From Octopus sinensis (Eukaryota): a DNA stretch of 64,000 nucleotides. The stretch lies in the NCBI RefSeq assembly GCF_006345805.1, contig NC_043002.1, positions 42,222,001 to 42,286,000 of the forward strand. The letters run 5' to 3'. The notes beneath the pieces are model-generated. The model had not been told where the DNA came from and did no database searches. It worked only from the letters and a program-made list of their open reading frames with translations. How positions within the stretch are numbered: position 1 is the first letter of the stretch; every line of letters begins with the position of its first letter. Below are positions 39,230 through 53,122 of the stretch, piece by piece. The translations under genes were made by a program, and so were the position numbers.

Positions 39230-39525
39230 AGGAGAATTCACAAAAAACAAAAGACGAAGACAGGTGGTGTAGACAACAAACAGATGTATTAGTATAACGC
39301 TCGGGAAGTGAAAAAGTCTTTAGCGTTTCGAGCCTACGCTCTTCCACAGAAAGAATCAAGGAAAGAAAATAAAAAATGTGTATCATGCCGAATGTCGGAC
39401 AAAAGGGTCACTCAGGAAAGCTAGGAAGAAGGAGAGATAATAAAGTAGTGGTGATCCCAAAACGAAGGTGCGCGTGCGTGTATATGAGAGAGTTTGTATG
39501 TGTGTGTGGAAGGGGGCTGATGACC
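39230..39525 (-). mobile_element. Penelope-type terminal-repeat fragment with a variant hammerhead (39317-39354)
   Basis: Related to 55075-55240; minus strand UCUUU CUGUGGA A GAGC GUAG GCUC GAAA CGCU AAAGA. Confidence 0.55.
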
Positions 39526-39703
39526 TAGACGTGTGCGTGTGTGTATGTGTAGGTGTGAAAATGTGGGGCTGGAAACTGGTCAGTGCTGGTGTATTGTGAT
39601 GTGATGTGTAGTGTGGTATTGTGTTGTATAATGTAGTGGTGTGTGGTGTGGTGTGATGGTGTTGGGAGGTGGGGGAGGCGAGAGTGGGGAAAGCAAGGGT
39701 GGG

Positions 39704-39742
<39 letters not shown>

Positions 39743-41456
39743 CTATGGGCTCCGTGTGAGCAGTCATCTAAAAGTTTTTTGTGCGTCTTGGTGTTGACAT
39801 AAGTTCCTTGCTTTTCCTGATGAGAAAGCGGCATAATATACTCCTTATTCCTTCGCAATTAGGAATATGCAGACTTCGAAACATATGTCGAAAATAAAGG
39901 AATTTTGTTAATTCGTCGTTCAACTCCATTCTTTCATATATATATATATATTGTTGATTGTTTATCATCTGAAAATTTAAAGTTTGCCTTCACATTTTAC
40001 ATGTATACATGTATATATATTTTGTACATTAAAGCCCAAGGTTTTACCTGTTTATTTGAATCATTGTCTCCATAGTTTCTTGAGTTGGATTCCCTTCATA
40101 GCCACTCTTTACCCTGTTGACTTGGTCCTCGATAAAGATATCGGAGTATAAGGCCAAATCATTTGAGCGCTACTAAGTATTTCGATACATGCATATACAC
40201 ATACATACAAGCATACATACATACATACATACATGCATACATATATACATACATACATACTTACATACGCGTGTGTGTGTATGTGTGTGTGTACCGACTT
40301 ATACCGGTGAAAGATATAGACACTAGTGAAAAAATTCTGATAAACCGTAGCGTCGAACAAACACGCTTTGTGGGATTTTTTTCTCTCTTAAGTTTTGTAG
40401 ACACTCCCTTGTCAATTTTCACTCTCTTGGAAATACTGTGAGCCAATGATTAGCGCAATGGAAACCTATAATTAAAGACGCTTTTGTTAACAAATGCATT
40501 ATATAAAAACATAAATAAAAGCTGATAAAATAGTAAAAAACTGGAAGTAGCAGAATTCAAAAGTCACGAGTGTTCCATTAAGTCGCAGTCTGAGACTGAA
40601 TTCTCTTGTTAAGCCATTCGAATGACTTTTCGAAGGCTAGGTCTTCATACGTGCTCCAATGACCCAACAAGTATAAAAGATGAGCCATCACAACCAGGAT
40701 ACCAAACACTATATTGAACCGACCAGTAGAGGCTGGTTCAATATATTATTTGCACAACCTGCTAGAAATAACAGTCAAATATCCTGCAAATCATGTCCTA
40801 CCGTCTTCTATAAGGACATGACACATTACATAATGTAGTCCAGTACGGTGGATTCTCCGCCGGTCTCGACGATGAAAATTCAGCTTAATTAATATGTAAG
40901 TGGATGTAACGTGTATGTGGCTGAGTAGACCACAGATACTTGTACCTTAACCCTTTGCCTGCCCTGTTTATCATATGTGACACACAGAACAGCTACAGTT
41001 CCTGTTACACATTCTTACGTGCATATAAGAACATATATTTTAAAACCTTCATAGAATTACAAGTTCATTCAAACACATAGCCTTACTTCAAATAGAAAAG
41101 CTTATATCATTTGCGTGTACGTCCCTGATGCTATATTTTAAATATCGAGACTGTCTTTTGAGTAATAAAAGATAGTACTTAGACATATGGTTGTCAAAAT
41201 TTTGTGCTTTTATTAAAGAAAGTCAAGTAATACAATTAATTCTGAAATACTGTAAAGCGTATTCCCTTCTCTATGCATCACAAAATAGAAGCATATATGT
41301 ACTTTTAAAGCAATTACCTTGATTTCTCACGCGGAGTTCACAGGACAATGGAACTTAATTGTTCGTTATGTACATCACATGAATATTGAACGTCTGTGTT
41401 GCAGCCATAATATATATGCTACCTTTTGCTTCTGTTATCCTCTCTACTCAGTGAAT

Positions 41457-41772
41457 ACGTGTGGCTTTGTGGTTAGGTTATTCGGCTCACGATCGCAAGG
41501 TCGTGAGTTCGATAACCGCCGGCACGTTTTGTCCTAGAGCAAAACACTTTATTTCACGTTATTCCAGTTTACTCAGCTGGCAAAACAAGTAGTATCTGTA
41601 TTTCAAAAGGGGCCAGCCTTGTCACATTCTCTGTCAGGCTGAGTCTCTCTGAGAACTACGTTAAGGATACGCATGTCTGTGGAGTGCTCAACCACTTGCA
41701 AGTTAATTTCACGAGCGGGCTGTTCCATTGATCCGATCGACGGGAAGCCTTGTCGTCGTAACCGACGGAGTG
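41457..41772 (+). mobile_element. SINE-C, full-length
   Basis: Colinear with 3975-4291. Confidence 0.92.
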
Positions 41773-42271
41773 CCAATGCCAGTGTCATCCCCTCTACATT
41801 TTTAAATGGACTATGAGCATGGAACGTTCTGTTTCATTCATATTTTAGAATTCTATATTATGTTTAAATGAACAGACATATATGTATGTGATGGCACATG
41901 GTTTAATAATTTGGCTTTTCAACTCCTGATTATAAGGTTCGTGAATTCAGTTCCTAGATTGGTCACCGCATTTTATTCTTGAGCAAGGCACTTCATTTTA
42001 CACCGCCCGAGTCTGCTTAGCTGTATTGAGCACCATCTAGGTGCTGGTGCAGCCTGCTTTCTTTCCAGCTGTCACTTCTTCGATCAAGCATGGGAAACCT
42101 TTTTCGAGAAGTGGGCCGCATGAGACATGCCTTATCATCAGGCAGGCTGCACTACTAAAAGATTCATTTTATATATTTATACTATTTAGAAAGTCCCGCG
42201 GGCTGCAGTTTAGCCACGACTATCTTAGATGTTCAGCTGGATCAAGAGTGATGGGGCCAAGAAGGTATATG

Positions 42272-42502
42272 TATTTCTTTACTACCCACAAGGGGCTAAA
42301 CACAGAGGGGACAAACAAGGACAGACAAACAGATTAAGTCGATTACATCGACCCCAGTGCGTAACTGGTACTTAATTTATCGACCCCGAAAGGATGAAAG
42401 GCAAAGTCGACCTCGGCGGAATTTGAATTCAGAACATAACGGCAGACGAAATACGGCTACGCATTTCGCCCGGCATGCTAACCCTTCTGCCAGCTCACCG
42501 TC
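42272..42502 (-). mobile_element. SINE-B (tail 1) with a 15-bp TSD
   Basis: GCCAAGAAGGTATAT at 42256-42270 and 42508-42522. Confidence 0.95.
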
Positions 42503-44084
42503 TTGGAGCCAAGAAGGTATATATTCTCCTGAAACAGACAGCGAACATATAGAATATGCTAGCAAGCTATACTCGCTCATAAGCGATGGTTGGCAGCATT
42601 ATTTATTTCATATGTACATCTATTTTTCTTTTATATATATTTCCTTACATATTGTTACCCAGTGTTTTCCTTTGAAAAATATTTGTATAGTACATGTATA
42701 CTGGTGCTTCTCAGGCAGACTTTATAAATTATACTAACTGCATACACATGCTGCAAAAATATTTTGTATATGTGAAAGAAATATTGTATTCATACAATGT
42801 GTTATTTAATGGCAAAACTTCTATACTTGCCTAAGTAGTGGAAAGAAATGAAAATAATTTATTTAAATCTTCACTTGTAAAGTGTTGATAAGCGTGAGAA
42901 TATTCTGTGTACTTGTCATGTAACTATCGAACAATTCAGTTTCACTAACCTGTAAATTATGTTTGAAAAAATCATTAAATGAAGAAAAGAGTTGGGAAAT
43001 TAATACTTGTAAAGAAAACTGCTGTTAGGTACACATGCACTTTTAGACAATAAGTGTATGTACGTGTACAATGTGTGTTGCTGGGGTGCATACATGCGTA
43101 AAATCCGTTCAGATACAGCTTGTCTGCTGAAATGGCCACTGCTCTGCTCCAGTGCATACTTCACCGAAATGAACGCTACCAATTTTGCGAAGCTCTACCA
43201 GCTTGGATGCGTGTGTGTGTGCGTTTATATGAAAAAATCTTGTTTTTAATTTAAAATTATCTAAAACCTCTTTAAAAAAACATGAACACAAACCTGACAG
43301 GAGATGTGAAGAGGACGTTTGCGTGTAAGCTCTTTCATTGTCATCAGACTTTCAAGCTCGTGGTATAAATCAAATTTTTCTATGTCGATATCCGTAAAAT
43401 AATAATTGTGTTTAGTAGCGATAGTTAATATTTTCAGTTTAATTTCGGATTAAAAATCATTATAAAATATTCTTCTTTTATTCCTTTATCTTTAAAAAGT
43501 GAATATTTTGAATCTCCCATTTGCACAGACGTCTAAATATTCACTCAATGAAAATGAAAAGAAAGAAAACGGACCATTGATTTGTTGTTTATGTACCATG
43601 ATTCGATCTATTAATTTTATATCTGTTTCACTGATATTGTTCTCATTGCAATGTGGACATGTAATGCAGTAAATTAAATTTTTCGGTTTGCAATTCTTAA
43701 ACTTTTTTATAGTTTACCTTGAGTATTCAATTCTCAAGCCCCAAAACAAAGCTCTTCCAATTTTATTACTTGTACAATTTCTTCCTCCGGCATAAATTTG
43801 ACCTTTCTTAAGAATCTTTTACAATCTGGTGCCCTTCGGCATAATGGTTTTTGATTTAGGCACAAGGCTAGAAGTTTTGAGAAGAAGGGATTAGTCGATA
43901 TCATCGACGCTAATACTGGTACTTTAACAACTTCGAAAAGATAAAAGCAAAGTTGACCATTGCAGGATTTGAACTCAGGACGAAAAGTTAAGGTACATGT
44001 CTCCTGGAAATTACTGCCTCGTGTCCTACGAGTCATAGGGCCAGTAACTCATTTTCTACGACAGATGAATGGCTGAAATCACAT

Positions 44085-44265
44085 TATCCCTAAAGAAGAC
44101 GCCAGTCCATTTCAGAGTTGCTTATTTACAGCCGAGTAGGCTGGGGCATCGTGAAATAAAATATTTTGCTCAAAACACACAACATACTGTCCAGGTTGGG
44201 AATCGAAATTACGATCGCAAGATTATGAGTGCAACACCCTAACCACTATGCCACGCGCCTTCACA
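44085..44265 (-). mobile_element. SINE-C-related head and core
   Basis: TTTTGCTCAAAACACACAAC...GGGAATCGAAA...CCCTAACCACTATGCCACGCGCC. Confidence 0.8.
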
Positions 44266-44801
44266 AGACCGTAAAGAGTCGGGAGAAATGTTGTACAGCA
44301 TTTTTCCGATACTCTAACGATTCTGCCAGCTCGTTTAATAACACAAAGAATGTGGTAAAATGACAGAAACAATGGAATAACGGATTAACTGCCTTTCAGT
44401 TATTAACCGTAACTTTCTGCATTTCTACTTTCAAATCCAACCAGCACCAATTTCATTTTTCACACCCATTCGGATAGGTAAAAAAGAAAAAAATATGCTC
44501 AGATCGCTTGAGACATTAGACAGCAAATAGTTCGTAACTATATACAACAAGTTCAGGTATGATAATCCTGTTATTAATGTTGATGTTATGGTGGCATAGC
44601 CTGGATTCAGTTTATCACCAAGCAGATCATGGCAGCATTTGAACACGGAACTTAAAAAGCCGGAACAAATACGGCAGGGCACTCTTTTATCAGTCCACCA
44701 TCCTGGATTAATATTTTTGTTTATCGACCTAGAAAGAATGAAAGCCAAAGCTAACCACCGCAGGATTTGAACTCGGAGCACAGACAGTCGGAACATATAC
44801 C

Positions 44802-45031
44802 TATTTCTTTACTACCCGCAAGGAGCTAAACATAGAGGGGACAAACATGGACAGACATAGGTATTAAGTCGATTATATCGACCCAGTGCGTAAATGGTAC
44901 TTATTTACTCGAGCCCGAAAGGATGAAAGGCAAAGTCGACCTCGGCGGAATTTGAACTCAGAACGTAGCGGCAGACGAAATACCGCTAAGAATTTCGCCC
45001 AGCGTGCTAACGATTCTGCCAGCTCGCCGCC
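44802..45031 (-). mobile_element. Full SINE-B (tail 1) inserted into an older SINE-B
   Basis: Host halves at about 44700-44801 and 45032-45090; ATATACC duplicated at 44795-44801 and 45035-45041. Confidence 0.85.
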
Positions 45032-45628
45032 TTAATATACCGCGAGACAATCTATCCATCACTCTAACAATACTGCCGATGTGTTGCCTATATTCTGAAT
45101 TTAAATCCCTCCGGATGTAATTGTATTTTTATCGTCCAGGCTCCAGAAAAATAAATGTGTCGAGTTAATTTCCGTGAAAATATTTGATCTGGGTCAAATA
45201 TAAGAAACTATTATTATTGTTGTTGTTGCTGCTGCTATCATCATCATCATCATCATCATTATCATTATTCACCGCCACATCGATTTTATAAACCATCTTT
45301 AGAATGAAATAAAAGTTCCATGAAATAAAAGTTCCACACTTTTAGTTTTATCCATTCTTGCAAAATCTCTTGGTTTTAAAGATCAGTAGTGAATGTCAAG
45401 AAAGAAAAACAAAAACATCACGGCTTTTATCATATGAATAAAAAAACAACAATAAATAAATAAATAAATATCTGTGAATAAATAATCTTGAAAGAAAGAA
45501 AGTACCATAAAAGAACATTAAAGAATGCATTTTTTAATAGATTTGCTTCGCTAAAGTTTGCTCTCTAGTTAAGCTTTCTAAATTTTTGTCTTCTCAGCAG
45601 CCACCTGCGAAAAAGAAAACTACTTTGT

Positions 45629-45699
<71 letters not shown>

Positions 45700-46319
45700 T
45701 GTGTGTACTCATTCTGCCGTCCACTCACTCACTTATGGCTTGCCATAATTTTAAAAAGATGATCAACTCAACCGGCGTCATCTTTTACTAGTTTACCCTT
45801 CGGGGCTCAACTCGTCAACTCGACCCTTAATAGAAAAATAAAAGAGGAGGAGATGCCAGGAAGAAAAACGGACAGAGATATAGAGGGGAAAGATTTAAAG
45901 AGAAAGTTTTTTTTTTAAAATACAGAAAATGAAGAAACACAAAAATTCAGAGAGGTTGTGTGCGTGTGTAAGCAAGAAAGAATAAGATGGAAGGAATGTA
46001 TATTTTACCGAACATAGTTGAAGGCAAGAATAGAGAAAAAAGACCAAAAAAATCATCAAGAAGTGGGAGGAGAAAACGACGTGGTATAATAATTTTTCTC
46101 TTTCTTTTCTTCTGTTATATTTTATTTTATGTAATATTCTTTTTTTTTTCTTTTTTTTCGTACCATCACCAAATTCTTGTTATACAATCGCATTAGAAAG
46201 ACAACGAATGTATTATTTTAAATCTAAAACCGCTGAAGAGTCTACTTACATGAGTCACCTCGGTAGCATGTTGCCATCAGTTAAAATATAAAATGCAGAA
46301 CACACATACACAAAAATAC

Positions 46320-46559
46320 ACGGAAATACTCACACACACACACACACACACATACACACACACACACACACTCACACACATACACACACAATAGATTTTG
46401 ATTCCACAATCCAACAGATTGTGTATATGTGTGTATCTTATATATACGCACCCTATGCACTTTGTGTATGCTCTAAGTGTTTGGGTATATATATACATAT
46501 ATACATATACACATATATATATATACATGTGTGTGTATGTACATTTCTATCTTCCTATC

Positions 46560-46631
<72 letters not shown>

Positions 46632-46710
46632 ATATGCACATGAATATATACATATATGTATGCATACATGTGTGTGTGTGTATAAGTGTGTGTATTCATA
46701 CATACATGCA

Positions 46711-46752
<42 letters not shown>

Positions 46753-47288
46753 CACATATATATATACATATCTAGAAACATATATATACACATACACACT
46801 CAACGCAACACAACACATACACAACAGACACAACACACACACACGCACACGCACGCACACACACACACACACACACAGCACAACACTAGATGTTATTACT
46901 GGCAATTTTATTGCAATGATATTTCTTCAGTTAGCCTGTTGGGAACAATCGCATAAAAGGCTTGTATAAGGAGTTATCAGATTTAAGCTGGCGGCACTGG
47001 ATCACAAACATTTCCTTCCATTTGCCTTTCGTTTTCTCCTCTCCATCATCATCCTCATCATCATCTTCATCATCATCATCTTCATCATCATCATCATCAT
47101 CATCATTATCAGCATCATCATCATCTTCATTATCGTCATCACCACTATCATCTTCACCTTTCTCCCTTCCTCCTCCTACTTACCATCATTATTACTCTAT
47201 TGATATTATTATTACCACAAATATATGTGTGTGTGCGTGTTTATATGTATGTATCTATATATATGTATATATATATATACATGCATGC

Positions 47289-47379
<91 letters not shown>

Positions 47380-47480
47380 TATATATAAGTATGTATGTAT
47401 GTATGTATGCAAGCTTACATTCACACACACACACACACATACATATGTGGGTGTATATGTGTGTGTGTGTGTGTTTGTAT
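46320..47480. repeat. Compound microsatellites including (TCA)n/(TCT)n
   Basis: Direct repeats. Confidence 0.95.
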
Positions 47481-47624
47481 GTAGCCTAAAGGGATATAAA
47501 GGGAAATGCTAGAAAGTGAAGGAAAAAGCGAGAGAGAGAGAGAGGGGGAGAGTAAATGTTAAAGATGTCACAAAATAACTTTTTAGTCATTATCTTATTT
47601 TATTTTTTTACTTATACGTAAGCG

Positions 47625-47822
47625 AAATAAACAACAACAAAAAAGAAAGAAAGAAAGAAAGAAAGAAAGAAAAGAACGAGAACGATGCGTAATTAGCATA
47701 GTTACTGCACTTACACCAGCAACAATAGCAACAGCACCAGTAAAACAATAATTCAGCAACAACAACAGCAATAACCTGAACAGTGCCACCATCACTACCA
47801 CCACCACCACCACCACCACCAT

Positions 47823-47869
<47 letters not shown>

Positions 47870-48117
47870 CGAGACAGAAGTAGCAGAAAGAAGCAGTAAA
47901 AGTTGAAGTGCATCTTGGAGTTTTCGCAGTCAAAAATCCAAAGCTAAAATACTGCTGGCACGACAAAAGTCTAAGAATTTGTAAGATAAGGCGATCTTTT
48001 TCGCTTGAAGCAGCGAACTTATTAAACCTGCAGCCACAATCGAAATAAGGAAAAACATTTTTCTTTCTTTTTTTTTTTGCTTCATCTTCAGAAAAGGATA
48101 ACGATAATAAAGACTGA

Positions 48118-48161
<44 letters not shown>

Positions 48162-48189
48162 TAATAACAATAATAATAACAATAATAAC

Positions 48190-48265
<76 letters not shown>

Positions 48266-48460
48266 GTTTCAAATTTTGCCACAAGGGATGAAAGGATGAA
48301 AGGCAAAGTCAACTTCGGCGCAATTAGAACTCAGAACGTAGTGACGGGCGAAGTACTGCTAAGCATTTTCGTCCAGCGTGCTAACGATGCCGCCAGCTCG
48401 CCACCTTAATAATAATAATTATTATTATTATTATTATTATTGTTGTTGTTGTTGTTATTA
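47625..48460. repeat. (AAAG)n, (CAA)n, (CAC)n and (AAT)n tracts with an embedded minus-strand SINE-B (48265-48408)
   Basis: Direct repeats; SINE core AAAGGATGAAAGGCAAAGTCAAC. Another copy follows at 48465-48672. Confidence 0.92.
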
Positions 48461-48687
48461 TTATTTCAAATTTTGCCACAAGGGCAGCAATTTTGGGGGA
48501 GAGATTAGGTCGATTAGATCAACAACAGTGTTCAATTGGTACTTATTTTATCGACCTCAAAAGACGAAAGGCAAAGTCGACCTCGACGGAATTTGAGCTC
48601 AGAATGAAGCGGCAGACGAGAGACTACAAAGCATTTCGCTCGGTGTGCTAACGATTTTGCCACTTCGCCGCTTGTTACTTGGTCAGC

Positions 48688-50099
48688 ATTTACCAAGTAA
48701 CACCAGAGTGGTTGACATTGGGTATGACAGTGCTGTGCTTGAAAAAAAACATCGAAAAGGGCGATACGGTAGACAATTATAGGCCGATATCCTGTTTGCC
48801 ACTTATGTGGAAATTATTGACTAGATTACTCGCAGAGTCAATGTACGAACATCTGGAAAAAAAATTAAGGTGGAGTACTTGCGCAGACTGAGACTGATTC
48901 TTAAGTTAAAATTAAACGGACGGAATAAGATTGAAGCTATCAACACCTGGGCGGTTTCACTCCTTAGATATGGAGCAGGGGTAATCGCATGGACAGTGGA
49001 CGAACTAAACAGCTTAGACAGAAAGACAAGGAAGCTGCTAACTAGATATGGGTCACTCCACCCAAAAAGTGACACAGACAGACTATATATATCAAGAAAA
49101 AGAGGGGGAAGAGGATTTATTGGATGCGAACACAGCATTAGAGCAGAAGAAAATAACGTAGCATGGTATGTAAAAAATTCCACAGAACTGCTAGTAAGAA
49201 GGTCAGGCTTGTGTAGGATGAAATATTGCAAAGATAAAGCAATATACAAGCAATTGAAAACGAATGAAACTGAAAATAGGAGGGTAAAGAAAAGAATGCA
49301 TGGACAATTTCATAGGGATGCTGAAGATAAGACAGACAGAGAAAAAAGATGGCTGTGGATGACTAAAAGTGATCTAAAACCGGAAACGGAGGCTCTAATC
49401 TGTGCTGCCCAAGAGCAAGCACTAACAACTAACTACATAAAATACAGAGTAGACAACACATCAGAAAGTGATAAGTGCAGAATCTGTGGACAAAATGGTG
49501 AAACCGTATGGCATATTACCAGCCAATGTACGCCACTAGCCCAGAAAGAATATAAGAGACGCCACGACAATATAGCAAGGCTTGTCCATTGGATACTTTG
49601 CAACAAGTATGAACTTGACAGAGAAAAAAATTGGTACGATAGCAAACCTGAAGGTATCATCGAAAATGATAATGCAAAGATCCTGTGGGATTTTATGATT
49701 CAGTGCGACCATGAGATAGAGAATAAGAAGCCAGGCATAGTCTTAATTAAGAAACAAAGCAAACTATACTGGATCGTAGGTATAGCATGCCCAGCTGACA
49801 AGATATGCGATAAGGAAGAAAGAAAAGTTGATAGATATGACAGGTTAGCTTGGGAGGTAAAGCAGTTGTGGTCGAGGAAAAAGGTGGTAGTGGTACAAAT
49901 AATTATCGGTCCCTGGGAAGAGTGAGTAAAAACCTTGAGAAGTACATGGAACAAATAGGGGCTGCAATATGGGTGAAGCACTTGCAGAAAACAGCTCTGC
50001 TTGGAACTGCTCGAATACTCCGGAAGGTCCTCGAAAAATAAGAGGTACAGCTGACACTGACACAATAGTACATCCCCAGTGTTAGAAGCTGTGCAAAGG

Positions 50100-50160
<61 letters not shown>
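48688..50160 (+). mobile_element. R4/Dong-type non-LTR retrotransposon, internally deleted, with an (AAT)n tail
   Basis: RT N-terminal [15 protein letters not shown] is fused at about 48864 to the post-RT region; CCHC finger CRICGQNGETVWHITSQC, then RHD motif, RLE region (ILWDF...KPGIV...GIACP) and terminal LLGTARILRKVLE. Confidence 0.93.
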
Positions 50161-50188
<28 letters not shown>

Positions 50189-50214
50189 GATGATGATGAT
50201 AATAATAATAATAA

Positions 50215-50412
50215 CAAGGCCTGAAATTTGGTGGGGAGGGCACTAGTCGATTGTAATGAATCCAATGTTTGACTGGTACTTAATTTATCGACTCCAAAAG
50301 GATGACAAGTAAAGTCGATCTCGGCGGAATTTGAACTCAGAACGTAGCGCCAGACGAAATACCGCGAAATATTTCGCTCGGTGGGCTAAAGATTCTACCA
50401 GCTTGCTGCCTG
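50215..50412 (-). mobile_element. SINE-B (tail 2) in the LINE's (AAT/GAT)n tail
   Basis: Core motif; triplet repeats on both sides. Confidence 0.88.
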
Positions 50413-50451
50413 CCATAATAATAATGATGATGATGATGATGATGATGATGA

Positions 50452-51905
50452 TGTGGAAAGACATAGAAAGAACTGGAGCAATTAAATAGGATAACGAGAG
50501 AAGAGCTGAAGAATGTGACAGTAATTAGAAAATTGGTTAGAAGAAAGGGGAAGCAAACTCTACATGAAGAATTGTCAGAAATAGTGACATCGCTAGAAGC
50601 CAAATTGAAAGGAAATGATGCTAGATGCAATGGTTTTGAAGAGATTAAATTGCTCCAATCAAACAGAAAGCGTGTTTTTGAAGAAATAGGGTGGGGTAAC
50701 AACATTAGGCAGTGATTCCTGGATTTCTGGAAGGAAGTAAAGCATTTTATGACGGACTCTGGAGCAGGCCAGTGAGACATAAAGAAAGTGCAGAATGGCA
50801 AACAGGTGGTGAGACAACTTGCAAATCAAAACGAAAAGGATGTCAGAATGGATATAAGACTAAAGTCTAAAAAATAGCAAATCGGAAAGGACCTGGCCTA
50901 GATGGAGTGCAAGATTATTGGCTGAAGAATTTTACAAAGTTACATGAAAGGATCGCTGCACACTTTGATGAATACCTGCAGTAGGGATACGTCCCAACCT
51001 GGATGACAGATGGACGAACGTTGTTATGTCTCAAGGACACCATGAAATGTAAATTGGTATCAAATTTTCGAGCTATAATCTGTTTACCTTTTATGTGGAA
51101 GCTTATGACCGTCGTCTTCGCAGAAAAGTTATTTAATCATCGTGAAAGTAACAATATATTCCCGTAGAAAAGAAAGGATGCAGGTAGTAGATAGAGTAGG
51201 GCAGCTAAAGACCAGTTAATAGTTGGTAAATTGACAATTAGAAATTGTTGACGCAAATTGACGGGATTGAATGTAGCATAGTTGGATTATCATAAGGCAG
51301 AAAATATAGAGAAAATAGTCGATGAAAGTATGAAACATTGGATACGAAATTGATTGGAGAAAAACAAAGGCTTGGGAAAGTGAACTTCAGACGTGATATA
51401 TTTCAAGGTGATAGCTTATCTCCATTACTATTTGTGTTGGCAATGATACCGCTCGGTTTGATATGAAAAGTTAAAATAGCTTATGATTTGAAAAAAGAAT
51501 ATGGTCAGATTAAATCATCTCATTTTTATGGGTGATATAAAGCTTTATGCGAAAACTGAGAAACAATTTGTAAGTCTTGTACATACTATTCGCATTTTCT
51601 CAAATGATGTAAGTATATAATTTGAGATTGAAAAGTGTGCTATATCGAAAATGAAGTGAAGAAGATTTGAAGAAAACCAGGGAATTGAAATGCCAAATGA
51701 GAAAACAATGAAAACAGTTGAGAAAACACAGCAGTATAAGTGTTTGAGAATACTGGAAGCAGATGAAATAAAACATGAAAAGATGAATCGAATTACAAGT
51801 AGGGACTATACAAGGAGAGTGAGAAAAATATACACAGCTGAATTAAGAAAAAAATATCATTGAAGCAATAAATGCGAGAGCAGTACGGTAATCAGATATG
51901 GAGTT
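50452..51905 (+). mobile_element. Second R4/Dong-type LINE remnant (decayed RT)
   Basis: KGPGLDGVQDYWLK, FRAIICLPFMWKL, AAKDQL, IFQGDSLSPLLFVLAMIPL, FMGDIKLY, IRYG; many stops and frameshifts. Confidence 0.9.
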
Positions 51906-51909
51906 GGAA

Positions 51910-52600
51910 CAAAAAGTCCCCAAGACTACCAACAAGCCTCAGAACCATCGTTACTCCATATGCATATTGCACCCTGGTGGATAACAAGGTATTCTCGGCA
52001 AACCAAACAATTGTAAAGACCAACTTTTAATCAATAAAATGGCTTTTGAGGGATTCCACGAATGACGCAAAAAACACTCTACTGCACTGGAAATTTTCTG
52101 TCGAATGGTATGAAGCAATGAAAACCAACTTTTAACCTTGAATAATTTAAAGACAGGTACTACGCAAGACTGGTGACATCGACATAAATTATGATATTTT
52201 TCAAGGCGATTCTCTATCACCCCTGTTCTTTTGCGTGTATCTCATTCCCTTTAGTAAATTGATGAATGACATAAATCAATTATCGCCTTTTCATGGATGC
52301 TCTAGAGCTTTTTACGAAATGATCAACAACTGTAACATCATTTAACTGTAGTAAAATAGTTGCATAACCATACTGGAATGCAGTTCGACATTCATAGATG
52401 TGCTACAGCCATATTCTTCAAGGAAAAATTCCTGAAAACAAATAATATAACAGACAAACAAGTCTATCACCAAGGAACTAAGTCCTGAAAAAAAATTACC
52501 AATATTTAGGTGTGTGTGAAGTGGGTTGCATCCAGCACTCACCAATGCACGAAAAGATACGGAAAGAATGGCATCTACATCCTGTATTGAGTACACCTCT
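51910..52600 (+). mobile_element. Third, more divergent R4/Dong-type RT fragment
   Basis: CKDQLLINKM, FQGDSLSPLFFCVYLIP, FMDAL, YQYLGVCE. Confidence 0.85.
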
Positions 52601-52643
52601 TTCATTTGTCCCATAGAAATTAATGTACCTATATCTATCTATC

Positions 52644-52747
<104 letters not shown>

Positions 52748-52805
52748 CATACATACATACATACATACATACATACATACGTACATATACATATACATAT
52801 ACATA

Positions 52806-52877
<72 letters not shown>

Positions 52878-53027
52878 CGTGTACTAGCTATATTCCCGGG
52901 GGTAAAGATGTTCTATTGAAATGCTTTATTACTCTGATAAAAGAAGGCAATTTCGTTATAACTACCACAAAAGGTGTATTTTCTGTCACGAAAAAGTACA
53001 AAAAAATGTCAGCTGGAGGAGGGAGAT

Positions 53028-53122
53028 ATTGTTGGAGGTTGACGATAGAGGTTTTCGGAGGTTGGCGAGAAAGATTTTCGGAGGTTGGCGAGAAAGATTG
53101 TCGGAGGTTGGTGAGAGAGGTT
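53028..53122 (+). repeat. Minisatellite, about four copies of a 23-bp unit
   Basis: TTTTCGGAGGTTGGCGAGAAAGA repeated. Confidence 0.9.

Noticed and set aside
39660-39706. G-quadruplex-capable run
   Set aside because: Lies in low-complexity repeat flank with no functional context.
43058-43249. Short ORFs in a GC-richer patch
   Set aside because: No homology or splice support.
47595-48284. 229-aa ORF
   Set aside because: Held open by (TTG)/(TTA)n triplet repeats.
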